DNA of 64,000 bases from an uncultured delta proteobacterium (GTDB taxonomy: Bacteria; Myxococcota; Myxococcia; SLRQ01). The stretch spans positions 288,001-352,000 of the forward strand of contig CAVSGM010000011.1 of the NCBI GenBank assembly GCA_963727485.1. The letters run 5' to 3'. Below are positions 12,804 to 24,220 of the stretch, piece by piece. A program made the position numbers and the translations under genes. The notes under the pieces were generated by a model. It was not told the origin of the DNA, ran no database searches, and was given only the letters and a program-made list of their open reading frames with translations. How positions within the stretch are numbered: position 1 is the stretch's first letter; the number at the start of each line of letters is the position of its first letter.

Positions 12804-13577
12804 TCAGTCCGCCGGCCGCCGGCCGATCACCACGAAGACCCGGTGGGGCACCTGGAGGGGCTCGGCGGGGAAGCGCTCGGCGAGGATGGCGTCGAGGGCG
12901 GTGTCGAAGGCGGCGACCGCCTCGGGGCCCAGGGCCGCGCCCACCCCGGCGCTGGCGCGGATCCGCCCCCGCCAGGCCGCGTGGGTGTAGGGCACGGCCA
13001 CGTCGTAGGAGAAGGTCTCCAGGTCCCGGAAGCCGGCCTCGCCCAGGTCCCGGAGCCACTGGGGGTGGAGCCCGCTGCCCCCGCCCATGGTCCACACCGG
13101 GTTGTGGTCGAGGATGAGCTGCTCGGTGGCGTCGACCAGGTTCCCGGGCAGGGGGATCCAGTCGAAGTGGGCGATGACGAGGTGGCCGTCGGGCTTCAGG
13201 AGCCGGGTGGCCTCGGCGGCGGCGGCGTCCCGGCGGAACCAGTGCCAGCACTGGCCGGCGGTCACCAGGTCGGCGCTCGCCGCCGGGAGGCCCGTGTCCT
13301 CGGCCTGGCCCACCCGGTAGCTCACCTTCACCGCGTCGCTCGCGTCGAGGCGCCGGGCCTCGTCGAGCATGGCCTCGGACAGGTCCACCCCGGTCACCCG
13401 GCACCCCCGGCGGGCGAAGCCCCGGGCGAGCGACCCGGTGCCGGTGCCCAGGTCCACCACCGACTTGCCGTGGACCCCGAGGCCGCGCTCGGCGAGGCGC
13501 CCGAAGAACGACTCGGGGAAGCCGGCGCGGTGGGTGGCGTAGTCGCTCGCCGTCCGGCCGAAGTCGATGGGGGTCAT
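12804..13577 (-). CDS. Class I SAM-dependent methyltransferase
   Basis: MTPIDFGRTASDYATHRAGF, VVDLGTGTG, TAGQCWHWF. Confidence 0.9.
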   Translation of the reverse strand: MTPIDFGRTASDYATHRAGFPESFFGRLAERGLGVHGKSVVDLGTGTGSLARGFARRGCRVTGVDLSEAMLDEARRLDASDAVKVSYRVGQAEDTGLPAASADLVTAGQCWHWFRRDAAAAEATRLLKPDGHLVIAHFDWIPLPGNLVDATEQLILDHNPVWTMGGGSGLHPQWLRDLGEAGFRDLETFSYDVAVPYTHAAWRGRIRASAGVGAALGPEAVAAFDTALDAILAERFPAEPLQVPHRVFVVIGRRPAD

Positions 13578-15265
13578 GGGCGCCTCCGTCCGGCCGCGGC
13601 CGGGGGACCGCAGGCGCGGTCGAGGGTGAAGGGTCGCAGCAGCTTCACGTAGTTGAGGGGCACCCCGAAGCGCCGGACGGTGGCCACCACCTGGCCGCCC
13701 ACCTCGTTCTCCCGGTCGCGGCGGGTGGTGGCGAGGAAGAAGTCGGCGAGGTTCCGGTTGCCGGTGCTCACCAGCCACCGGGGGAGGTAGTAGTTGGTGC
13801 TCTCCTGGCCGCTCTCGTGGAAGACCAGGAGCCGGGGCGGGGGCCGGCCGGCGCAGCGGGCCTTCACGTAGGCCTCGAGGCGGCCGACCGCGGCCTTGTA
13901 GCTGGCGCCCCAGTAGTCGGTCTCGAACTCGGAGGCGGCGCCGGGGAGCCCGCCCACCAGCCCGTTGAAGTAGACGTACTCGTAGGGGTGGTAGCGGACC
14001 AGGGTGGCGGCGAGGACCGCCAGGTAGAAGACCGTGAGCCCGGTGGCGAGGCGGCGCAGGGCCGGGCGGGCCCGGCCGAGGCGGCGGAAGAGGGCGTCGA
14101 GGGCGCTCCCCCCGAGGACCGCCAGGGGCGGCACCAGGAAGAGCATGTGCCGCAGCCCGTCGTAGAGGACCGCCCGGCTCACCAGGACCCAGACCACCGG
14201 GAGGACCACGGTCATCGCCACCACCCCGTGTCGCTGCGCCGCCGGGTCGAGGAGGCGCCGGCGGTCCCGGGCCAGGGCCAGGACGCCCACCGCGGCGCCG
14301 CCGAGGACCAGCGCCAGGAGGCCCTCGGGGAGGGCGATGGCGAGCCACAGGGGCAGGTAGTACCAGGGCAGCTTCGTGGCGTGGATCTGGGCCCCGAGGA
14401 AGCGCACCGGGTAGTCCCAGGGGAAGTGGCTCATGTGGGCCAGGGCCACGAAGGGGCGGAGGAGCGGCGAGGGCTGGACCCAGGGCCAGAGGAGGACCAT
14501 CACCCCCCAGGCCGGGACCGCGACCCGCGCCAGGCTCGCCACCGCCGACCGGGCCGGGGGCCAGAGGGCGCGCCAGCGGCCGTCGCCCCGCCCGCGCCAC
14601 CGCCCCCCCTGGAGCACCGGCCAGAGGACCACCAGGCCGAGCAGCCCCACCACGTAGGCGAGGAGGAGCAGGCCGCCGATGCGGATCCCCAGGGTGATCC
14701 CCACGACGACCCCGAGGGGCAGGGCCCGGCGCCAGGGGATCCGCGGGAGGGTGGGGAGGGCGGCGACCAGGAGGAGGACGCTCCACAGGTAGCCCACGGC
14801 AAACGGCGCGTCCTTGGGGTCGGCGAAGGCGTGGCCGAGGAAGCGGCCGCAGAGGACCAGGAGCACCGCCCCGAGCAGGCCCGCCCGGGGCCCGGCGAGG
14901 CGGCGGCCCAGGCGCCAGGCGCCGGCGACGCCGAGGATCCCCACCAGCGCGCCCAGGAGGTGGCGGGTCTCGAAGAGGCCCAAGGGCGAGATCCGGGTGA
15001 GGGCGGCGGCGACGAGGTCGAAGGCCGGGCCGTAGAAGCGCAGGTCGCGGTAGGTGAAGGCGCCGTGATCGTGGCCCAGGGTGGCGAAGTAGCGGAGGAC
15101 CAGCTCGCCGTAGTGCTGCTGGATCGACTCGTCCCAGGTGACGCCGAAGTCCCGGAACACCAGGAGGGCGCCCACGACCAGGGCCGCGAGGAGGACCCAG
15201 GCGGCGACGTCCCAGGGGTCTGCGGGCAGATGCCAGCGGCGGCTCGGGGCGTCGGAGGAAGCCAT
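13574..15265 (-). CDS. Polytopic GT-C glycosyltransferase (ArnT/PMT-like)
   Basis: Many TM segments, DFGVTWDE luminal motif, DPKDAPFA, LYDGLRH, YVYFN, ETDYWG. Confidence 0.8.
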   Translation of the reverse strand: MASSDAPSRRWHLPADPWDVAAWVLLAALVVGALLVFRDFGVTWDESIQQHYGELVLRYFATLGHDHGAFTYRDLRFYGPAFDLVAAALTRISPLGLFETRHLLGALVGILGVAGAWRLGRRLAGPRAGLLGAVLLVLCGRFLGHAFADPKDAPFAVGYLWSVLLLVAALPTLPRIPWRRALPLGVVVGITLGIRIGGLLLLAYVVGLLGLVVLWPVLQGGRWRGRGDGRWRALWPPARSAVASLARVAVPAWGVMVLLWPWVQPSPLLRPFVALAHMSHFPWDYPVRFLGAQIHATKLPWYYLPLWLAIALPEGLLALVLGGAAVGVLALARDRRRLLDPAAQRHGVVAMTVVLPVVWVLVSRAVLYDGLRHMLFLVPPLAVLGGSALDALFRRLGRARPALRRLATGLTVFYLAVLAATLVRYHPYEYVYFNGLVGGLPGAASEFETDYWGASYKAAVGRLEAYVKARCAGRPPPRLLVFHESGQESTNYYLPRWLVSTGNRNLADFFLATTRRDRENEVGGQVVATVRRFGVPLNYVKLLRPFTLDRACGPPAAAGRRRP

Positions 15266-15373
15266 GGGCGGGCGCCATGGTGGCAGCGTCTCCGCCGAAG
15301 GAAAAGGGGACGCGGGGTCGCACCTCCACCCCGTCCCGCCCACCCCCCGGCGAAAAAATCCCCAACCCCGGTC

Positions 15374-15402
15374 TTGATCGATCCTGTGGACGGGCCTATA
15401 AG
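15374..15402 (+). promoter_or_regulatory. Sigma70-like promoter
   Basis: TTGATC (15374-79), 17 nt spacer, TATAAG (15397-402). Confidence 0.55.
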
Positions 15403-15405
15403 CCC

Positions 15406-15532
15406 CCTCTTGATGGACTTCAGGCTTCCGAATAGTCGAACGGTTCCGCCCAAGCGGTCGGGGTGCGGCCCGTTGAAGTCCGACCAGCTCAAGAGGCGCT
15501 CGGGGATTGGCTCCCCGGGCGCCTTTTCTTTT
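15406..15532 (+). ncRNA. Candidate structured sRNA or attenuating leader
   Basis: Nested pairings CCTCTTGA/TCAAGAGG, GGACTTCA/TGAAGTCC, CCGC-CCAA-GCGG, then a terminator hairpin with T-tract. Confidence 0.5.
15494..15532 (+). terminator. Intrinsic terminator upstream of the zinc-ribbon gene
   Basis: AGGCGCTCGGGGA/TCCCCGGGCGCCT 13-bp stem plus TTTCTTTT. Confidence 0.75.
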
Positions 15533-15561
15533 GGCACCTGACGCCGCTGGAGGCACGGTTC

Positions 15562-16314
15562 GTGGACGAGCGCATCAACAAGCTTCTTCGACTCCAGGAG
15601 ATCGACATCGAGATCCGCGACCTTGAGCAGGCCGCCGCGGCCTACCCCGCGCGGCTCAAGGAGATCGACGACGAGCTCGCCGCCGATCGGGCGGTGAGTG
15701 ACGCCCGACAGGCCGAGCTCGACGAGCTCGAGAAGCAACGACGGAACATCGAGGCGAACATCCAGCTCCAGAAGGAGCAGGTCCGCAAGTGGGAGGCTCG
15801 CCTCGCCGAGATCAAGACTCCCCGGGAGTACGCGGCCCTCTCCCGGGAGATCGACATCGCCAAGAAGGGCATGAGGAACCAGGAGGAAGAGGTCCTCGGG
15901 CTCATGGAGCAGGCCGAGGCCCTGCGCAACGAGATCGAGAAGATCGAGCGCGAGATCCTCGAGAAGGAGAAGGGGCACGAGGCCGAGCGCACCGAGCTCC
16001 AGGACAAGCTCGCGCACCTCGAGAGCGAGACCCAGCGCCTCTCCGGGGGCCGGGACGCGGCCACCGAGGGCATCGACAAGCGCCTCCTGCGCCAGTACGA
16101 CCTCATCCGCAGCCGTCGCGCCGGCGTGGCCCTGGCGGCGGTGACCGAGGGCGCGACCTGCGGCGCCTGCCGGATGCGCATCCTCCCCCAGCTCTACAAC
16201 GACCTGGTCAGCGGGCAGGCGGGGATCGCGAAGTGCCCGAGCTGCAACCGGATCCTCTACGTGCCCGACGCCGACGACGAGGACGAGAACGTCGCCGACG
16301 AGGCCCACGCGTGA
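15562..16314 (+). CDS. Coiled-coil C4 zinc-ribbon protein (DUF164 / CT398 / HP0958-like)
   Basis: GGAGG then GTG 15562; LLRLQEIDIEI, long coiled coil, CGACRM..PQ...CPSCNRILY. Confidence 0.9.
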   Translation: MDERINKLLRLQEIDIEIRDLEQAAAAYPARLKEIDDELAADRAVSDARQAELDELEKQRRNIEANIQLQKEQVRKWEARLAEIKTPREYAALSREIDIAKKGMRNQEEEVLGLMEQAEALRNEIEKIEREILEKEKGHEAERTELQDKLAHLESETQRLSGGRDAATEGIDKRLLRQYDLIRSRRAGVALAAVTEGATCGACRMRILPQLYNDLVSGQAGIAKCPSCNRILYVPDADDEDENVADEAHA

Positions 16315-16976
16315 GCGCGGCCCGTCGGGCCGCCAAGACCGACGTCGCGCCGGCAGCGCTCCTCCGGGCCCTCGCCGAGACCGGTGACCTCGCCGGCGCC
16401 GCCGCGCGCTTCCCCGGCCTCGACGCCGCCGGGGCCGCCCGGATCCTCCGGGAGGCCGCCGACGCCCTCGATCCCGAGGGGCGGGCGCCAGCGCCCGAAC
16501 CGGCGCCGTCCGCACCCGGGACGGCCCCGGGCGCGGCGAAGACCGGGCCCTCGGGGGTGACGATGCCCAAGCGGGTTCGGGTCTTCTCCGACGGCGCCGC
16601 CCGGGGCAACCCGGGCCCCGCCGGCGCCGGGGCGGTGATCCAGGCCCCGAACGGCGAGGTGGTCGCGCGCCTCGGCCGCTACCTGGGCCGGACCACCAAC
16701 AACGTCGCCGAGTACCAGGGCCTGCTCCTCGGGCTGCGCCACGCCCTCGCCGGGGGCGTCCGGGAGGTGCAGGTCGCCGCCGACTCGGAGCTGATGATCA
16801 AGCAGCTCCGCGGGCAGTACCAGGTGAAGGCGGCGCACCTCAAGCCGCTCTTCGCCGAGGCGCGGGCGCTCCTCGGGCGCTTCGACCGGGTGGAGCTGGT
16901 CCACGTCCCCCGGGCGGAGAACGCCGCCGCCGACCAGATGGCGAACCGCGCCGTCGACGAGCGCCTCGAGGACTGA
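16311..16976 (+). CDS. rnhA: Ribonuclease HI with an N-terminal extension
   Basis: SDGAARGNPGPAGAG, TNNVAEY, DSELMIKQ, HVPRAENAAADQMAN; GTGA overlap with the upstream gene. Confidence 0.92.
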   Translation: MSAARRAAKTDVAPAALLRALAETGDLAGAAARFPGLDAAGAARILREAADALDPEGRAPAPEPAPSAPGTAPGAAKTGPSGVTMPKRVRVFSDGAARGNPGPAGAGAVIQAPNGEVVARLGRYLGRTTNNVAEYQGLLLGLRHALAGGVREVQVAADSELMIKQLRGQYQVKAAHLKPLFAEARALLGRFDRVELVHVPRAENAAADQMANRAVDERLED

Positions 16977-17048
16977 CGCGGGCGTGCCGCGGGGTCCCGG
17001 GCGCCGAGGGGTCGTGCTGGCGTGGCGTGGGCGTCGGCCCGGTGAAAA

Positions 17049-17441
<393 letters not shown>

Positions 17442-17520
17442 CGCCCAGGTAACACGTGGGGCCCGGGCCGGCAATCCCGGCGTGTGGCCCGCGGGACGCC
17501 ACCGGCTGCGGCGGGGGGCC

Positions 17521-18096
17521 CTAGCGGACCCGCAGGATCCCGGCGAGGACCCGGTTCTGCCCGTCGGTGCGCACCCGGTTGCGGTTCACCACGTCGAGGC
17601 GCTGGTTGCCCTGGTAGAACCCCACCCACAGCTCGTAGGACCGGGCCACCGCCCAGGTGGGCAGGTTCAGGCGCACCGTGTCCCGGACCACGTCGCCCTT
17701 CTCCCAGTCGCTGGTGGGGTATCGCCCCCCGGCGGGCTCGTGGTCGAAGTTGATGCGCCCGCCCTGGCCCCCGACCGGGTCGAGGTGGACGAAGACCCGC
17801 CAGCTCTGGACCGGGGCATCGACCGCCGTCCAGTAGAGGGTGAGGACCGAGGCGGTCCCGGGCTTGAGGGTGTCCGGTTCGAGGGTGTAGCCGTCGAAGC
17901 GGAGGCCGTCGTCGTAGAGGGCGCCCCCCCCGGTGAGCCCGGCCGGCGGCGCTGCCAGGCGCAGGTTGCCCAGGTGGCTGCGGTCGAACTGCTTGCGCCG
18001 GGAGACCGACCCCTCGGGGCGGATGATGCACCCGGCGAGGCCGAGGGCGAGGACGCAGACGACGGTGAAGGCGGTCCTCGTCCTTGCGTGACGCAT
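17521..18096 (-). CDS. Putative lipoprotein with a beta-sandwich domain
   Basis: Signal peptide with LAGC lipobox; LTLYW, VFVHL, DHEP.GG.YPTS.W, YELWVGFY pattern. Confidence 0.7.
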   Translation of the reverse strand: MRHARTRTAFTVVCVLALGLAGCIIRPEGSVSRRKQFDRSHLGNLRLAAPPAGLTGGGALYDDGLRFDGYTLEPDTLKPGTASVLTLYWTAVDAPVQSWRVFVHLDPVGGQGGRINFDHEPAGGRYPTSDWEKGDVVRDTVRLNLPTWAVARSYELWVGFYQGNQRLDVVNRNRVRTDGQNRVLAGILRVR

Positions 18097-18181
18097 GGGG
18101 GCGGGGTACCACGGCCCCGGGCACCGGTCAAACGCCGGGGAACGACCGCTGCGTGCCGGCCGTTGCCCTCCCGAGGTCCCG

Positions 18182-18751
18182 ATGATCCTCTGGCTCTTCC
18201 TCCTCTTCACCCTGGTCCCGGTCGCCGAGCTCTACCTGCTCATCAAGGTGGGCGGGCTCATCGGCGCCCTGCCGACCATCGGCATCGTCCTGGTCACCGG
18301 CGCCGCCGGGGCCAGCCTCGCCCGGTGGCAGGGGCTCGCGGCCCTCGAGGAGATCCAGGCGGCGATGAGCGAGGGCCGGGTCCCGGGGCAGGCGCTCCTC
18401 GCCGGGGTCCTGGTCCTCGCCGGGGGCCTGCTCCTGGTGACCCCGGGGATCCTCACGGACGTCACCGGCCTCCTGCTCCTGGTGCCCCCGGTGCGCCGGG
18501 GGGTGGCCCGGCTCCTCTCCGGGTACTTCCGCCACCGGATCGAGCTCCACGTGGGGGGCTTCGAGGTGCCCCCGGGCTTCGGGGGCCAGGGCGACGGAGG
18601 TCCCGCCGCCGGGCGCACGGTGGACGCGGACTTCGACGCCGGGCGCGACCCCGGTGGCGGCGCGGGAGGCGGGGACACCGGCGCCCGGCAGGGCGAAGAG
18701 CCCGGGCGCGGCGGCTCGCGCCCCCTCGGCGACGGCGGTCAGGACCCCTGA
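18182..18751 (+). CDS. fxsA: FxsA-family membrane protein
   Basis: VPVAELYLLIKVG, LARWQG, GGLLLVTPGILTD..GLLLL.PP.R. Confidence 0.88.
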   Translation: MILWLFLLFTLVPVAELYLLIKVGGLIGALPTIGIVLVTGAAGASLARWQGLAALEEIQAAMSEGRVPGQALLAGVLVLAGGLLLVTPGILTDVTGLLLLVPPVRRGVARLLSGYFRHRIELHVGGFEVPPGFGGQGDGGPAAGRTVDADFDAGRDPGGGAGGGDTGARQGEEPGRGGSRPLGDGGQDP

Positions 18752-19770
18752 CGCCGGATCCGCACCTGCCGGATCCCCCCGTCACGGATGACCGTGAGGT
18801 GGATCCCCGCGGGCCCGGCGAGCGCCCAGGCCCGGAGCACCGTCTCCGGCCCCAGGACCCTCCGGCCGTCGACCTCGACCACCAGGTCGCCGGTCTCGAG
18901 CCCCGAGGCGGCGGCGACCCCGGTGACCGCCCGGACCATCACCCCTTCGGTGTGGTGGGCGTAGACGTGGACCCGCCGGGGCGGGAGCGTGGCGTCGAAG
19001 TAGCGGTAGACCGCGAAGCGGGCGGCGTCCCGGTCCAGGGGGCCGAGGCGGGCCAGGGACGCGGCGCTCCCCCCGTCGCCCGGGCGGGCGTGGAAGGCGA
19101 AGGCGCAGCCGGGGTTCTCCACCAGCGTCGCCCCCAGGTCGGTGGGGAGGTCGCCGCCGCCCCCGAGGATGTCCAGGGCCCACGCCACCAGGGCGCGGTT
19201 GGCCCGGGTCAGGGGCTGGAGGGGATCCCAGTCGGGGAGGTCGGCGAAGGGGTCGAGGCGGACCCGGGCCCGGCCGTGGAGGAGCACCCGCCCGGTCTGG
19301 ACCGAGATCACCTCCAGGTGGGCGACGAGGGTCCGCACCTCGGTGCGCACCTGCCCCACCGGCCGCCCCTGGGCGTCGTAGGTCATCTTGGCGCCGGTCT
19401 GGACCCGCTCCTCGGCCCAGGGCCGCAGGGCCACGGTCTGGCGCGTGGAGACCGCGTCGCGGGTCAGGGGCGTGATGAGGTTGGTGGCGGCCAGCACGCG
19501 GTTGGAGCGCCGCCGGAGGACCTGGAAGTCGCCCGGGCCGTAGACCAGGTAGCCTCCGTGGGCCAGGACCGTGTCCACCGCGGCCCGGGTCTCCTCCCAG
19601 GCGTGCCACGGGGGCTCGGCCCAGCGGAAGGCATAGGGGTAGACGGCGATGGCCCGGGGCCGCAGGGTCCGGGCCCGGGGGCGCACCCGGCCGCGGATGG
19701 GGATCCCGCTGCAGCCGGCGGCGGCGAGGACGGCGACGAGGAGGACGACCCTGGGTGCCGCCCGGGGCAT
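18739..19770 (-). CDS. Putative lipoprotein with C-terminal PDZ-like domain
   Basis: AAGC lipobox; GVMVRAV..VAAASGLETGDLVVEVDG...LTVIRDG. Confidence 0.7.
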   Translation of the reverse strand: MPRAAPRVVLLVAVLAAAGCSGIPIRGRVRPRARTLRPRAIAVYPYAFRWAEPPWHAWEETRAAVDTVLAHGGYLVYGPGDFQVLRRRSNRVLAATNLITPLTRDAVSTRQTVALRPWAEERVQTGAKMTYDAQGRPVGQVRTEVRTLVAHLEVISVQTGRVLLHGRARVRLDPFADLPDWDPLQPLTRANRALVAWALDILGGGGDLPTDLGATLVENPGCAFAFHARPGDGGSAASLARLGPLDRDAARFAVYRYFDATLPPRRVHVYAHHTEGVMVRAVTGVAAASGLETGDLVVEVDGRRVLGPETVLRAWALAGPAGIHLTVIRDGGIRQVRIRRQGS

Positions 19771-20021
19771 CAGGCGGCGAGGCGCGCGTCGAGCTCCCCG
19801 GCCCGGTCCAGGGCCGAGAGCTGATCGTAGCCGCCGATGCACTCGTCGCCGATGAAGATCATGGGGACGGTGCGCATCCCCGAGCGCTCGGCGGCCTCGG
19901 CGCGGCGGGCGCGGTCGGAGACGTCGACGTTGGTGTAGGCGACGCCCTTGCCGTCGAGGAGGGCCAGGGCGGCCCGGCAGTAGGGGCAGTAGGGCGTGGT
20001 GTAGAGGGTGACCGGCTTCAC
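19770..20021 (-). CDS. Glutaredoxin (Grx3-like)
   Basis: CPYC active site, TVPMIFIG, IGGYD; GTG start after AAGGAG. Confidence 0.92.
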   Translation of the reverse strand: MKPVTLYTTPYCPYCRAALALLDGKGVAYTNVDVSDRARRAEAAERSGMRTVPMIFIGDECIGGYDQLSALDRAGELDARLAA

Positions 20022-20114
20022 GAGCTGCTCCTTCGAGGTGGAGCCCCCATCATAACCCCGCGGGCGTCGCCGCAAAGGGCGGGAGGCCCCGAACGCGAGA
20101 GGCCCCGCAACGCA

Positions 20115-20147
20115 GGAGCCCCCGACGACCGGGTCGCCGGGGGCTCC
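20115..20147 (-). terminator. Hairpin downstream of groEL
   Basis: GGAGCCCCC...GGGGGCTCC inverted repeat; weak T-tract. Confidence 0.55.
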
Positions 20148-20174
20148 GAGACTGCGAGGCGCGAAGGCGCTGGG

Positions 20175-21824
<1,650 letters not shown>

Positions 21825-21862
21825 TCAGAACTCCTGACTGGGGTGTGAAGAAGGGGGTGGGG

Positions 21863-22152
21863 CTACTTCTCGATGACGCCGAGGATGTCTTCCTCGCGCA
21901 TCATCAGGTGCTCCTCGCCCTCGATCTTGATCTCGGTGCCCGCGTACTTGCTGAAGAGGACCGTGTCGCCGACCTTGACGTCGAGCTTGCGGACCGTGCC
22001 GTCCTCGAGATCTTGCCGTTGCCCACGGCGACGATCTTGCCCTCGAGGGGCTTCTCCTTGGCGGTGTCGGGGATGATGATCCCGCCCTTGGTCTTCTCTT
22101 CCTCCTCGACACGGTGGACGACCACGCGATCGTGAAGCGGCCTGATCTTCAT
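21863..22152 (-). CDS. groES: Co-chaperonin GroES; one-base deletion near 22009
   Basis: [12 protein letters not shown]...[13 protein letters not shown]...VAVGNGK continues in another frame as [23 protein letters not shown]. Confidence 0.95.
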
Positions 22153-22245
22153 GGGTGACTCTCCTGATTCCTGATTCCGGCCCGTGGCCGGAGTCGGCTG
22201 TGGGAAAAAAAGGTCTGCGCCAGCCCCCCGGGGGCGGCGGTCTTG

Positions 22246-22272
22246 TTAGCACTCGCCCGAGGTGAGTGCTAA
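22246..22272. promoter_or_regulatory. CIRCE element (HrcA operator)
   Basis: Perfect TTAGCACTC-N9-GAGTGCTAA upstream of groES; minus-strand TTGACG (22309) and TATACA (22287) lie just upstream. Confidence 0.97.
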
Positions 22273-22511
22273 CCGCCGCCATGTATAAGGCCTGGACCCG
22301 GGACGTCAACCGGCGCCCGGCCGATTTTTTTCTCCTGGGATTTCGAGCCCTTGGATCCGAGCGCACCCGGCCCGGCCCCCGCCGTCGACCGGGCCGGCCC
22401 CCGGGCCCCGGACCGTGCATCCGCCCCCCGGGTGCAGGCTGGCTGCCCAGGATGTGGGCAGATGTGTGCCCAACCGTTTGGATTTGTTGGGGATCCCGGG
22501 CTACCATCTTC

Positions 22512-23168
22512 ATGGGAGTCCTCGAGCCCCTCCAGGAGGTGAACGTGACCGAGCCCAAGGACATCGTGACCGCGCCGGACACCCGGGCCTTCTTCCATGA
22601 CCGGGTGCGTCAGGTCCTCACCCACCACGACCTGCGCCTCGACGACCACACCGAGTTCTACCTGGTGAACCTCCTCGCCGACGCCGCCCGCCCCGAGCAG
22701 CTCTACGAGGTCGACGCCGAGGGACGCCGGGACGAGGTCCCCCTGGCCTTCCTCCTCGCCCGGGCCCTCGCCCAGCCCCCGCGCCAGCGCCTGGCCACCT
22801 TCCGGCGCCTCGGCGACCGGAGCCTGGTGGTCTCGGGCTTCTTCTCCGACAGCCTCGCCGGGCGCCTGGTCGACGTGGACTACTACATCGCCATGGGGGG
22901 ACGTGCCTACGAGCACGCCGCGGAGCTCACCGGGACCACCGGCGTCCCCCGGCCCTTCGCCGGCGTGTTCTCCGAGCTCGCCCGACGCTTCACCGATCTG
23001 GTCGACTGCCTCATGGAGCTCTCGGAGGAGGCCCGGACCACCAAGAGCACCGACGTGGTCCGCACCTACGAGCGCTGGCGCCACACCGGCAGCACGCGGC
23101 TCGCCCGGCGCCTCACCCGCCAGGGCATCGTCCTCACCCCGGGGAAGCAGGGCGGCTGGGTCCACTGA
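22512..23168 (+). CDS. Hypothetical helical protein (start could be GTG 22539 or 22545)
   Basis: Host-like codon usage; YLVNLL, RRLGD.SL.VSGFF.DSL...VDVDYY.AMGG.AY, YERW..TGS. Confidence 0.8.
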   Translation: MGVLEPLQEVNVTEPKDIVTAPDTRAFFHDRVRQVLTHHDLRLDDHTEFYLVNLLADAARPEQLYEVDAEGRRDEVPLAFLLARALAQPPRQRLATFRRLGDRSLVVSGFFSDSLAGRLVDVDYYIAMGGRAYEHAAELTGTTGVPRPFAGVFSELARRFTDLVDCLMELSEEARTTKSTDVVRTYERWRHTGSTRLARRLTRQGIVLTPGKQGGWVH

Positions 23169-23806
23169 TGCTCGGGCGGCTCCAGGCCGAGATCGAGGCC
23201 ATCTACCGCCTCGAGATTCCCTACCGGGTCGAGGACTTCGTCATCGACGCCGACACCCGGGCCCGCCTCCACCCCGACGCCACCGCCCCCGAGGAGGTGT
23301 TGGTGGTGGAGGACGAAGGCGAGCTGTCGCTGGCGGTCTACATCGACCCCACCGTCCTCGCCCGCCTCGACCGCCACGACCCCGACGACCCCGAGCCCAC
23401 CGTCCTCGAGGCCGGGCTCCCGGCCTTCGCCACCGCCCTCGAGGGGGTGAGCCACTTCGTCTACCTCGCCCACTGCGCCGGCCGGGACCGGGAGGTGAGC
23501 CTCCTCGAGCTCGAGGCCCAGGCGGAGGTGGACAAGTTCGTCACCGGGCTCCTCCACCTCTGGCGCCGGGGCCGCAAGGGCGACGCCACGGTCCTGCGCC
23601 ACCGCCTCTTCGACGCGGTGGGCTACCGGGACGACCTCGCCGACGACGCCCTCGACCGCTACCAGGTGGCAAACGCCCGGGCCGGCCGCTACTGCGCCTG
23701 CCTCGAGGACCGGTTCCTCGACGACGGCACCCCCGAGGGGCTGCTCCGGGAGGTGCGCCGGGTCTACCGCCTCGGGGGCCCGGACAAGATGGCCTGCCTC
23801 CACTGA
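23168..23806 (+). CDS. Hypothetical protein, translationally coupled to the upstream gene
   Basis: TGATG overlap; LEGVSHFVYL, SLLELEAQAEVDKF, RYQVANARA. Confidence 0.8.
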   Translation: MLGRLQAEIEAIYRLEIPYRVEDFVIDADTRARLHPDATAPEEVLVVEDEGELSLAVYIDPTVLARLDRHDPDDPEPTVLEAGLPAFATALEGVSHFVYLAHCAGRDREVSLLELEAQAEVDKFVTGLLHLWRRGRKGDATVLRHRLFDAVGYRDDLADDALDRYQVANARAGRYCACLEDRFLDDGTPEGLLREVRRVYRLGGPDKMACLH

Positions 23807-23922
23807 GGGCCCGGGCCGGTGAGGGCGCCGGCGGGCCCCTCAAACGCGTCGGGCCGCCGGCACCCTTCGGTGCGTGGCGGCCCGGGGGGCGCGGCACGGG
23901 GCCGCGGCCGGTGCGCGGAGGC

Positions 23923-24141
23923 CTAGAGGACGCCGGTGCGCCCGGACTCCTCGGGGTCCCGCTCGAAGCGGACCTTGCCGGTGGCGATCTCGCGCAGCGC
24001 CAGGACCGGGGGCTTGTTCTTGGCCTCGGTCAGGGGCCGGGCGCCGGCCATCAGCTGCCGGGCGCGCTTGGCGGCCAGGATGGTGAGCGCGAAGCGGCTG
24101 GGGACCTGCGGGAGGCAGTCTTCGATGGTGACGCGAGCCAT
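23923..24141 (-). CDS. rpoZ: RNA polymerase omega subunit
   Basis: [10 protein letters not shown]...[13 protein letters not shown]...NKP.V.ALREIA.GKV; upstream TTGACC-N17-TATCTA. Confidence 0.95.
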   Translation of the reverse strand: MARVTIEDCLPQVPSRFALTILAAKRARQLMAGARPLTEAKNKPPVLALREIATGKVRFERDPEESGRTGVL

Positions 24142-24220
24142 GGGCAACTCCGGTGAAGCGGGAAGGTTGGGATAGATAGTGGATCCGGCGGGGCCGGTCA
24201 ACAAGCCGGTGCCGGGCCCC

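Noticed and set aside
11120..15370. Genomic island next to the tRNA
   Set aside because: These genes lie on the 5' side of the tRNA, with no integrase, no distal att copy and host-like composition
15414..15430. tRNA-Sec suggested by TGGACTTCA
   Set aside because: No closing anticodon stem, T-arm or acceptor stem; this sequence pairs with TGAAGTCC instead
10639..17038. Shared 13-mer CGTGGGCGTCGGC downstream of both the tRNA array (10639) and rnpB (17026)
   Set aside because: Short, GC-rich and noticed after the fact; cannot be separated from chance
20083..20113. Short direct repeat GAGGCCCCG(C)AACGC x2 after the groEL hairpin
   Set aside because: Probably a local duplication near the terminator; no other support for function
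21863..22152. groES pseudogene or programmed frameshift
   Set aside because: Intact CIRCE, intact groEL, conserved sequence on both sides of the shift and no slippery site; a sequencing indel is more likely
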